This document shows positions 8,481-17,021 of a stretch of DNA of 20,000 nucleotides, piece by piece (position 1 is the first letter of the stretch; the number at the start of each line of letters is the position of its first letter). Made by a program: the position numbers and the translations under genes. Source of the stretch: Clostridiaceae bacterium (GTDB taxonomy: Bacteria; Bacillota; Clostridia; CAYPLH01; DUMO01); the NCBI GenBank assembly GCA_012839865.1, contig DUMO01000019.1, positions 115,239 to 135,238 on the forward strand. Reading direction: 5' to 3'. The notes under the pieces were generated by a model that was not told the DNA's origin, did not search any database, and saw only the letters and a list, made by a program, of their open reading frames with translations.

Positions 8481-8628
8481 CAAGGCCGACAATACACCTG
8501 TTGCATGTCAAATTTAACATGCGGTTATTACCTATAATGGATAAAAGACGTCTACAAACCCCGTTGAAGATCCGGTTAAGGGATAAAGAAATAATCAAAT
8601 ATTTCATTTAATATGTTTTATGCCATAT

Positions 8629-8657
8629 AGTATAACACATTTGCATTTAATTGTCAA
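8629..8657 (-). promoter_or_regulatory. Candidate distal sigmaA promoter for eam
   Basis: TTGACA (8657-8652), 17 bp, extended -10 TGtTATACT (hexamer at 8634-8629); near-consensus. Confidence 0.75.
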
Positions 8658-8658
8658 A

Positions 8659-10282
8659 TTAATTTTGGAGAGTTTTTGGAATTGTAATATTTCTCACGGC
8701 TTGTGATACAATATTGAAATCATTTGTCAGAATCGTATCAATCCCCATTTTTAAAAAGTTTACAGCTTCCACAGGGTCATCAGACCAAAATACGTTGCAT
8801 ATTATGCCGTGTTTATGCGCCTTATCTATCATTTCCTGGTTGAAGTAAGGTTTATAAAGCTGCACCTTTTTACAGCCATATTTTATTGCCCTGTCAACAA
8901 TTCCCCAGGGGTCTTTTCCGGCACCACAGCAAAGGCACAGATCAGGAGCCATTTCCCCTGCCATTTTCAGTACATTATTATTTACGCACATTAAATATAC
9001 ATAATTTCGACAATCATATTTATCGATTAAATGAACAATTTTGTTAAAGACATCCTTTTTCATACTCACATGTATTATCTATTGTTTTTATGTGTATATT
9101 CATCACGGTATGACAGGCAAATTTCTTAAGAATATCCTCAAATCTGAGAATTTTCAACCCCTTAAATTTTTCTCCGAATTTTATACCGAAGTCATACTTA
9201 AGCAATTCTTCATAAGTATATTCATACACCTTTCCAATGCCGTCTGAAACGCGCTCCAGAGTGCTGTCGTGAATAGATACAATTTCTTTGTCTTTGGTAT
9301 ACCATAAGTCAAATTCTATTTCATCAGTACCCATGGCAACTGCCGCACCAAATGCAGGCATGCTGTTTTCGGGCGCAATTGTACTAAACCCTCTATGTGC
9401 ACAAACTCTCGGATAAGGCATGATACTGTCAGGCAAAATAATTGCGCTTCCGGCCTGGCGATATTTCCATGGGCGGCGGCCTTTTTCAACATATTCATAA
9501 TGGGCAGAATGCGGTTTCCCGAAACCCGCAGGTTTATAATATTTTTCACTAATGTCAATATCAACAGTTTCAATACCAACACGGCTGTACATATTTACAA
9601 GAACTTCTCCCCTGGGTGAAACCACCATACTGCCACCGCCAATATGGCTGTTTTCATCCATGGAAACTGAAGAACGAATCACATAGGCATTTGTATTATA
9701 TGCCAAAAATTGCGTCATGATCTTGATTGCCTCATGAGTATCAGATCTTTGGTGAGAGCATACAATTACAACATCTATATTTCTGCGTGCGATATTTGAA
9801 AAAGCTTCGTAAAAATAAGAGTCATAACAGGTAAGGAATGCAAACCGAACCCCTTCAATATCCATTGTCACAGGTTCAGAATACTCAAAAGAATACCCGC
9901 CATCCAGATGCATTTTTGAAACTTCATCAGGAGTCAGATGCTGTTTAAAGTATTTTCCAATAATTTTTCCTGTCCTGTCAAAAGCGTAAGTAGTGTTACG
10001 ATAACCTTTTTCCGTCTCAAATCTTGCATTTACAAACAACAGGGCATTGCATCTCTTTGCTGTTTGAGAAGCCTTTTCCAAAAGAATTTTGTTAAACTTT
10101 TTTACACTTGCTTCGCTTTCGGATTTGGTTGAAGCAAAGCAGGGTATGTCGCAGGATTCAGGCATGACAATTATGTCCATGGAATCATCGCATTTATCCA
10201 TCAATCGGAGCAGTTCCGCAAACAGCTCCTCCGACATGCTATAGTCAGTTGAATACTTAGGTTGAATAATACATATTTTCAT
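8659..10282 (-). pseudogene. Carbon-nitrogen hydrolase (nitrilase fold) fused to glycerophosphodiester phosphodiesterase, split by a single-base frameshift
   Basis: ORF 10282-9044 has the nitrilase triad (PES, KQHL, TCYD) followed by GDPD motifs (AHRG, PENS, EFD, IHD, NIHIK). The rest of the GDPD barrel (...NVFWSDDP...GIDTILTND) is in ORF 9069-8659. Removing one A from the A5 run at 9056-9060 joins them into 540 aa. GGAGG RBS present. Confidence 0.85.
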
Positions 10283-10360
10283 TTTTCTACCTCCAGTTCA
10301 ATTCTACCAACTGTATTATAACTCGAGTGAATTGAAATAGCATATTCTGTAAAGAGAGTA

Positions 10361-10537
10361 TTATTGTGAATCCGCAGCATAAACCAGGCGCATTATGCTG
10401 TGCGGAGGCATTTCAAATTCTTTATTTATATCAATATCAACAGGACGATCAATTATACATAGAGGTTCTTCGAAGGTATTCTGACTGCGTACGTTTGTAA
10501 ATGTCAATAAAAATTTAGGCCAGTTACCGGAGTAAAA
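10361..10537 (-). pseudogene. Probable C-terminal remnant of a GH51 alpha-L-arabinofuranosidase
   Basis: An open frame with no RBS or convincing start reads ...LTFTNVRSQNTFEEPLCIIDRPVDIDINKEFEMPPHSIMRLVYAADSQ*. The NTFEEP...PPHS spacing resembles the GH51 C-terminal beta-sandwich; recognised by eye only. Confidence 0.5.
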
Positions 10538-10565
10538 TTAGGCCACCAATTCATAAAAAATTAAC

Positions 10566-11743
10566 CTACATCTGATTGCTTTGAAAGAGCCTGCTTAAAC
10601 CTACCATTCCGCGAATACATTCCAGATTATTGTATAAGAAGTGCGGATTAATCTGCGCCTGCAAGAATACTATCTTTTCCTGCAGATAGTCCAACTGGGC
10701 TTTTGTATATTCCTGATTAACTCTCTCAATCCTTAAAACCATTTCATTAATGGAATTTGTAAGCATAACCAACTCCTCATTCTTAAACCTGGGCACGGGC
10801 AGCTGTATCACACTGTTGCTTATAAATTTGGTTTGATGTGCAATATTTACAACAGGTTTAATAATCTGCAAATACACCATAAGCACTAAAAGGCCCTAGA
10901 TAAGTAAAGAGACAATGGTTAGCAGAGTCCAACCCATCCTTAAGGGCTTCAACTCTCCTTCCACAAAGTCAACACTGACATAAGAAATCAAGTTCCAGTG
11001 TGTTTGACTGATTGTATATTGATATAATCCGGTCAATTGATCGTGACTCTTTTTTCCATTTAAGTTTGCCCACAGTTCTATAAATGATTCGTTGTTGCTC
11101 AAAAGGACTTGTCCGTTTTGCTCCAATAAGGTAGGTATGTTTGATTCCGGAAAGAATTTGATAAAATCATTTATATCGCAAAACACCAGTATAGCACCCA
11201 TAAAATGGTTATCCCTGGGGGCTGCTACGGGTTCAAATAAAGGTATAATGATAACAAACAAATTACTATTGCCGATGGAATAAACCGGTGTAACAATACT
11301 TCTACGGAAGGGAAGATTCAAGTTGTATTCATCAATAAGGTCGAAATACAGCTTCATGAATTGCGCATCTGTTGGCGTACTTATTTTTACATTGGAAAAG
11401 AAATTACTACCATTCTTTATATGTATGCAAAAACGGAAACAGGCCCTTTAAATTGCATAAAATTATCCATAAGCAAACTCATATACGAATTAAGATAAAT
11501 CCGGCTTTCCAGGCTTGATGATACAAAGTTGTAAATATCAACGCCCTGGGCAATGTTATTTGCACTGTTCGCAACATCGCTTATAGCCATTTCAATAGTT
11601 TTTCCAGTAGCCTGCAATGTTTGCGATGCATATTCTTCAGCCTTGTTTATGCTGTTTCTTTTTTGTATCTGGTACAATATTGCAATAGTGGACACAGTCA
11701 GTAGAAATGATGCCAGCCAAAAAATCAGAATAATCCTGCGCAT
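10566..11743 (-). pseudogene. YesM/LytS-type sensor histidine kinase, disrupted and truncated
   Basis: TM1, extracellular domain, TM2, HAMP, then LQAQINPHFLYNNLECIRGM. There is a frameshift near 11420 (extra AT), an in-frame TAG at 10896-10898, and the ATP-binding domain is missing after about 10600. Confidence 0.85.
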
Positions 11744-11991
11744 AGGAATCCATCCTTACGGGTTATTGCTATTCCCCTACATATTCATGTTACCAGTAGA
11801 AAAAACTACTATCAATATAGCTAAAATCAGAAAGCCTTGCTTTGCTATTCTCATTTTTTCGTCTCGTGACAATTTTAGTCTTGCAAGCCTTATTTTGTAG
11901 TGTCATTCGCGATATGCTCAAAATATAAATTTCTTTATTTATAGATATTACTTTAACACACAGACTTTACTTTGTCCACTGGACTTTAAAT

Positions 11992-12972
11992 TTATAATTT
12001 ACCAATTTTTTGACCTGACCATTTGCCACAGCGGTCACCCCACCTTGCCAGGGGCTCCCCATCTGATATTATCTCCACTATTTCGCAACTGTTGGAGCAA
12101 TCATTGCATTCATGACTTTTCGCATAATACTCCCTGTCAACGGAATCAAAACCATAAAACTTTGTGGGTTTGCCCCCCGATTTATAATTTTCCATGGCCA
12201 GCAGGGCAGCACCATATGCTCCCATAACATCATAGTGTTCAGGAATAATTAGTTTTATACCCAGGGCCTTTTCAAAGGAATTTCTAATCCCTACATTTGC
12301 AGCGACTCCGCCCTGGAATACTACAGGTTCCAGGATCTGTTTCCCCTTTGCCAGGTTGTTTAAATAGTTCCTTACCAATGCGTCGCACAATCCGGAGATA
12401 ATATCTTCAAGACTGTGTCCGGACTGTTGCTTGTGTATCATGTCCGATTCGGCAAAAACTGCACATCTTCCGGCAATTCTTACAGGAGAGTTTGACCTTA
12501 ATGCGTAAGCACCAAATTCTTCTATTGGTATATTAAGCCTGCCAGCCTGCCTGTCCAGAAAAGATCCGGTTCCGGCAGCACAGACGGTGTTCATGGCAAA
12601 ATCATACACAACTCCATCTTTTAGGATAATTATTTTTGAATCCTGACCGCCAATTTCGATTATTGTGTTGACATTTTCTATAGTTTTTTGTGCTGCAACA
12701 GCATGGGCGGTTATTTCGTTTTTAACAATGTCCGCCCCGGCAACAATACCTGCCAGATGCCTCCCGCTCCCTGTGGTGCCTGCACCAAGTATATTAAGCC
12801 GGTTGCCATACCGGTCCCTGAATTCCTTCATTCCTTTTTTCAAAGCCATAACAGGTTGCCCCAGGGTCCTTATATACAGCTTGTCTATTACCTTTCCTTC
12901 CTCACCGGTCAGAACAAGGTTTGTACTTACAGAGCCTACATCAATTCCCAGAAAAAGCCCATCTTTTTTCAG
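11992..12972 (-). CDS. CoA-substrate-specific enzyme activase (HgdC/BadF-type ASKHA ATPase, [4Fe-4S])
   Basis: LGIDVGSVST, TTGSGR, VKNEITAH, IEIGGQDSK, CAAGTGSFLD, CAVFAESD and FQGGVAAN. The frame extends upstream of the ORF-track ATG (12849) to a CTG at 12972 behind AAGGAG. Confidence 0.9.
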   Translation of the reverse strand: MKKDGLFLGIDVGSVSTNLVLTGEEGKVIDKLYIRTLGQPVMALKKGMKEFRDRYGNRLNILGAGTTGSGRHLAGIVAGADIVKNEITAHAVAAQKTIENVNTIIEIGGQDSKIIILKDGVVYDFAMNTVCAAGTGSFLDRQAGRLNIPIEEFGAYALRSNSPVRIAGRCAVFAESDMIHKQQSGHSLEDIISGLCDALVRNYLNNLAKGKQILEPVVFQGGVAANVGIRNSFEKALGIKLIIPEHYDVMGAYGAALLAMENYKSGGKPTKFYGFDSVDREYYAKSHECNDCSNSCEIVEIISDGEPLARWGDRCGKWSGQKIGKL

Positions 12973-14056
12973 CTTTACTCAGCTCCTTCCTTCTGTTGAG
13001 CAAGTCTACAAATGCCTCAAGCCTGGTTTGATAACCGCTCTCCCCTGTCATTTCGTCAATTATCAGGGTCAATACCGGAATGTTATATTTTTTCTGCACG
13101 GCAGGTATAATGCTCTCGGCTACAATCTCCGGCATGCATGTAAGAGGGTATATTTGTATGACTCCGTCATAGCCATTTTCCGCATACAGAACCATGTTTC
13201 CGATTGTCTCCTGGGCATGCCCGCCGATTGCAGTTCTCAGAAAAGGCTCAGCAGCCTTCGCATATCTTAAATCCTTTGGAATATGCAGGACATTTTTTAT
13301 CATGTGTTCAATTATAAATCCGCTTGTTGTTATTGCCCGGTCCGCTTCAACCCCCATCTCCCCGAGCTTCTTTTCAAGGTTAAAATTGGCATACCAGTCA
13401 ATGGACGTAAAAATTTCACCGACTATTCCAACCCGCAAAGGTTCGTATTTTTCATCAATCCTGACATTCAGAAGTTTTCTTCTTGTATCCCCGATATGCT
13501 TAAGAATTTGTTTTGAACCTTTTACTCTCCCTATTCCATTCATAAAATCTTTGAATATACGGTCTACTTCACCTTTTTTGATTTCCCGGGGTCTTACCCG
13601 GCAGCAAAGTTTTTCCAGATTGTCGGCTTCAACCGATACCCTTGTTGCATTCAATATTGCTTTGGATATCTTATATATATTTACTGTCCCGGTTATTCTT
13701 CTTACTCTTTTTAAAAACTCCCTGTATCCCGAGTTTGGAACTTCCAAATTGATGACTTCAATATCAAGGCCAAGGTCCCGCAAAATCTCATTATGCATTT
13801 CTCCATAATACCCAAATCTGCAAGGACCCCTTCCCCCCGCCATCAATATGGTATCCGCACCCTTTTCATAAGCTTCCATAAAATTTCCGATATTGATTTT
13901 CAGAGGAAGGCATGCAAGTTCAGGAGCATGCCGCGTCCCGATTTCCAAAGCCTTTTTGTTGTTGTAAGGGGGAATTATATAATCTACATTCAAATCATCC
14001 AATAATGCTTTGACACAAATATATGTATTCCCCATATGTGGAAAAGTAACCTTCAT
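12941..14056 (-). CDS. 2-hydroxyacyl-CoA dehydratase-like / activase-associated subunit
   Basis: MKVTFPHMG, ELACLPLK, GPCRFGYY, LRVGIVGE, CMPEI and DEMTGESGYQTRLEAF. GAAAGGAG RBS; overlaps the activase gene. Confidence 0.8.
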   Translation of the reverse strand: MKVTFPHMGNTYICVKALLDDLNVDYIIPPYNNKKALEIGTRHAPELACLPLKINIGNFMEAYEKGADTILMAGGRGPCRFGYYGEMHNEILRDLGLDIEVINLEVPNSGYREFLKRVRRITGTVNIYKISKAILNATRVSVEADNLEKLCCRVRPREIKKGEVDRIFKDFMNGIGRVKGSKQILKHIGDTRRKLLNVRIDEKYEPLRVGIVGEIFTSIDWYANFNLEKKLGEMGVEADRAITTSGFIIEHMIKNVLHIPKDLRYAKAAEPFLRTAIGGHAQETIGNMVLYAENGYDGVIQIYPLTCMPEIVAESIIPAVQKKYNIPVLTLIIDEMTGESGYQTRLEAFVDLLNRRKELSKAEKRWAFSGN

Positions 14057-14180
14057 TGTTTGCTCCTTTCCAGTTCAACCAGTTCTGTTTTTTTCAGCCA
14101 TCAGGGTTCAGGGTGGCAGCTTTAATATGGCTTTGCCCATCCAACCGGCTTGCCAATTGTTCCTTTGACTTTTTTATATT

Positions 14181-15252
14181 TCATGGGTAATTCTGAATTG
14201 CACCTGCATACGAAGCAATGGATATCTTACCATCACCTTTTGCTTTTTTATATCGAATCATATCAACAAAAGCCTCCAGTCTGGTATTCAACCCTGCCTC
14301 ACCGGTATGCTCGTCTATCGTAAGCACAATAAATGGAATATTTGAATTGTTTCTTATTTTTCTTTCTGCAAGGTCGCATATGAAAGAATCAATTCCGCAT
14401 CCAAAGGCCATCAGGTATATAATGCCGTCAATATCCCGTCTTCTCAACAATTCCAGCGTATATCCCATAGCAGTGGTGCCAAAGTTCCAAAATAGTCTTT
14501 TTCGAAGAACCCTTGTGTTTTTCGCCAGTTCACCCCGGCTGTACATTTCAGGTGTTTCAACCTGTACCCCCATGTTTTTCAGTTTTTTCAAAAGATCCAT
14601 ATTTACAAAGCTGTCGTAAACATTGTAGACATGCCCGATTAAAGCAATTCTGAGGTTTTGGCCCATCAAGCCGCAATCCTGTTTTTCAGAATTTTTCTTA
14701 AGTTTCTTGTCCTGTTCCCCGGTTGTTGAAAATCCCTGAAATTTTTCCCCTGCAATACCTGTCTGGTAGAGTTCCACATCCAGGTTGCCATTTTTTTGCC
14801 AACTGCGAAACTTTCGGTATTCACTTAATGCGTTTTTATAAGCGCAGGAGATTTTGGATTTGCTGCTGCAAAAAATTTTTCCGGTTTCGTAAGCTGAATA
14901 GAAGGAATTCCTTTCATCTTTGTACATTTTTACTTCGGTATCTATAATTTCAGGCAATCCTGAAACCGTGTTTCGTATCATGTCAGGCAATCAATTCTCT
15001 TTTTGATATACTTGTGAATCTTGGGATAAGAAGGTAATCCACCCTGTCCTTTAAATTCAGCACATGGCCATAAAACACTTTTATCGCCAGGCAGGCTTCG
15101 TCAACACAACTTTTAACGCCGTCATCCAGGATTTTTTTTGTGGTCTTCTCAGAAACAACAGTTTCCACACCAAGTTCATTAAAAAAAGTTGTCCAAAATG
15201 GATAAAATTTATAATAAAACAATGCTCTGGGAATTCCTACTTTGTATGTCAC
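14181..15252 (-). pseudogene. DUF2229-type acyl-CoA dehydratase activase-related protein, frameshifted
   Basis: The 5' part (VGIPRALFYY, EACLAIK, LIPRFTSISKRE) stops at 14983. The 3' part (LPDMIR...GHVYN...FGCGIDS...DEHTGEAGLNTRLEAF) is in another frame from 14990. GTG start with GAGGTG RBS. Confidence 0.8.
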
Positions 15253-15513
15253 CTGTGCAACACCTCGAAAGTATTATTGACTTTAGAAGTTTCAATTATT
15301 CAATTGAAAAATGTTGGAAATTCTATGAAAGAGGACTTTTTTTAAGCTGCAGAGAAGATGTGATTTTTGAAAAGAGGCAAGAAAAGGCAGACTGGCTTAA
15401 AGGCCGGATTTTTTGAAGCAGTGACTTTTTCAGCAGTCCGGAATCCTCCTGCATTGCTAATGGAACCATTTCCCCATGAGAATTGTTGGTAAAGTATATC
15501 TCATGCGAATTAT

Positions 15514-15554
15514 AAAAAACCTGTCATACCAAGCCGTCAGCCCTTATGACAGGT
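15514..15554 (-). terminator. Intrinsic terminator after fba
   Basis: 10-bp inverted repeat ACCTGTCATA (15519-15528) / TATGACAGGT (15545-15554) with a 16-nt loop and a T-run on the minus strand. Confidence 0.7.
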
Positions 15555-15577
15555 CTTATTTTTTCTTATATCCTCAG

Positions 15578-15643
15578 GGGACCAGGGGGACAGTTCTTGT
15601 GGTTCCCATTCATGGGAACCACAAGAACTGTCCCCCTGGTCCC
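15578..15643. repeat. Perfect 32-bp inverted repeat of the same REP-like family as 1630-1883
   Basis: GGGACCAGGGGGACAGTTCTTGTGGTTCCCAT-tc-ATGGGAACCACAAGAACTGTCCCCCTGGTCCC, 11 bp beyond the fba stop codon. Confidence 0.95.
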
Positions 15644-15654
15644 ATCCTTAAAAT

Positions 15655-16584
15655 TTAAGCCTTGTTATCACAGCCTAATACATTCTTAATTTTGTGAGCG
15701 ACTACTTCTTTAATCGCTGATCTTGCAGGTCCCAAATACTTTCTTGGATCAAATTCTTCAGGGTGTTCATAAAAATTCTTTCTGATAGTAGCAGTCATAG
15801 CCAGTCTCAAGTCAGTGTCGATATTTATCTTGCAAACCGCCATTGAAGCAGCCTTTCTCAGCATATCCTCCGGAACACCTTTGGCACCGGGCATTTTTCC
15901 GCCATATTTATTGCAGATTTCCACATATTCAGGCATAACTGATGAAGCTCCATGCAAAACAATGGGGAATCCGGGCAATCTGTTTTGAACTTCTTCAAGA
16001 ATGTCAAATCTGAGTTTGGGTTCACCTTTGAATTTGTAAGCTCCATGGCTCGTTCCTATAGCTATGGCCAGTGAATCAACACCTGTTTTCTCAACAAATT
16101 CCTGAACCTGGTCCGGATCGGTAAATGCCGCATCTTTTTCCGATACGTTAATATTGTCCTCAATACCTGCAAGTTTTCCCAATTCTCCTTCAACAACCAC
16201 ACCCTTTGCATGGGCATAGTCAACAACCTGCTTGGTTAAACGGATGTTTTCTTCAAAAGGAAACTTGGACCCGTCAATCATAACCGATGTAAAACCACCG
16301 TCTATGCATGACTTGCAGATCTCAAAATCTTCACCATGGTCCAGATGAACGCAAATTGGAAGCCCTGTATCTGCTATTGCAGCTTCGATAAGTTTCATTA
16401 AATAAACATGTTTTGCGTATTTCCTCGCTCCGGCGGAAACCTGAAGAATCAATGGTGCATTCAATTCCTTTGCTGCTTCGGTAATTCCCTGCACTATCTC
16501 CATATTATTGACGTTGAACGCGCCAATCGCATATCCTCCCTCGTATGCTTTCCTAAACATTTCTTTTGATGTTACTAATGGCAT
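15655..16584 (-). CDS. fba: Class II fructose-1,6-bisphosphate aldolase
   Basis: GAFNVNNME, HLDHG, SVMIDGS, VEGELG, IGTSHGAYK, VLHGASS, KINIDTD and FDPRKYL. ATG 16584 follows AAGGAGTGGAG; 309 aa. Confidence 0.97.
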   Translation of the reverse strand: MPLVTSKEMFRKAYEGGYAIGAFNVNNMEIVQGITEAAKELNAPLILQVSAGARKYAKHVYLMKLIEAAIADTGLPICVHLDHGEDFEICKSCIDGGFTSVMIDGSKFPFEENIRLTKQVVDYAHAKGVVVEGELGKLAGIEDNINVSEKDAAFTDPDQVQEFVEKTGVDSLAIAIGTSHGAYKFKGEPKLRFDILEEVQNRLPGFPIVLHGASSVMPEYVEICNKYGGKMPGAKGVPEDMLRKAASMAVCKINIDTDLRLAMTATIRKNFYEHPEEFDPRKYLGPARSAIKEVVAHKIKNVLGCDNKA

Positions 16585-16790
16585 ATACTCCACTCCTTCT
16601 TTATACTTATGCAAATTGATTATCAACAAACTGCAGTTTTCCTAAGGGAAACCTGTAAAAAAAAGTTGCTGCGCAACTTACCGGAGAACGTTCACAAATT
16701 ATGTATCCCCAAAATAAAAAATACGTATACGGTCTGTAAACAGCTTGCCGTATAATTAATTCAGCCTGCTTTTCTAACATTAATCAAAAT

Positions 16791-16808
16791 ATGTTAATAT
16801 TTTGACAT
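16791..16808. promoter_or_regulatory. Rex-like operator 2
   Basis: ATGTTAA-TATT-TTGACAT, 15/18 to the clostridial Rex consensus TTGTTAA-N4-TTAACAA. It overlaps the predicted fba start site. Confidence 0.4.
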
Positions 16809-16812
16809 ATTA

Positions 16813-16840
16813 ATTTTACCAAAACAAAGACATAAATCAA
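16813..16840 (-). promoter_or_regulatory. Candidate sigmaA promoter for fba
   Basis: TTGATT (16840-16835), 16 bp, TGgTAAAAT (hexamer at 16818-16813). Confidence 0.55.
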
Positions 16841-16855
16841 GCTTAATTTTAAAAT

Positions 16856-16873
16856 TTGTTGAATTTTTAACAA
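16856..16873. promoter_or_regulatory. Rex-like operator 1
   Basis: TTGTTGA-ATTT-TTAACAA, one mismatch to TTGTTAA-N4-TTAACAA. It lies between the divergent -35 elements. Confidence 0.6.
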
Positions 16874-16880
16874 TAAAAAA

Positions 16881-16909
16881 TTGCATTTTGGTATTTATTA
16901 TGTTATATT
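16881..16909 (+). promoter_or_regulatory. Candidate sigmaA promoter for PPi-PFK
   Basis: TTGCAT (16881-16886), 17 bp, TGtTATATT (hexamer at 16904-16909). Confidence 0.6.
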
Positions 16910-17021
16910 TTTTAATGATTATGATTCAGCCCGATTGTACATAATATTGGTTAAGTTATTTCAGAGCATGCCATAAAAAATTTTAAATTAAAGTTATATA
17001 AAGAAAAGGATGTGTATTAAA

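Noticed and set aside
8506..8511. Extra TTGACA on the minus strand upstream of the riboswitch (also one at 5125-5130 on +)
   Set aside because: No acceptable -10 hexamer at 16-18 bp spacing.
10371..10406. Hairpin TCCGCAGCATA...TATGCTGTGCGGA as an ncRNA or terminator
   Set aside because: It lies inside the probable GH51 remnant frame, lacks a U-tract and matches no RNA family I recognise.
11992..15252. Metabolic link between the activase operon and beta-glutamate from eam
   Set aside because: The loci are separate transcription units about 4 kb apart with unrelated genes between them; nothing in the sequence supports the link.
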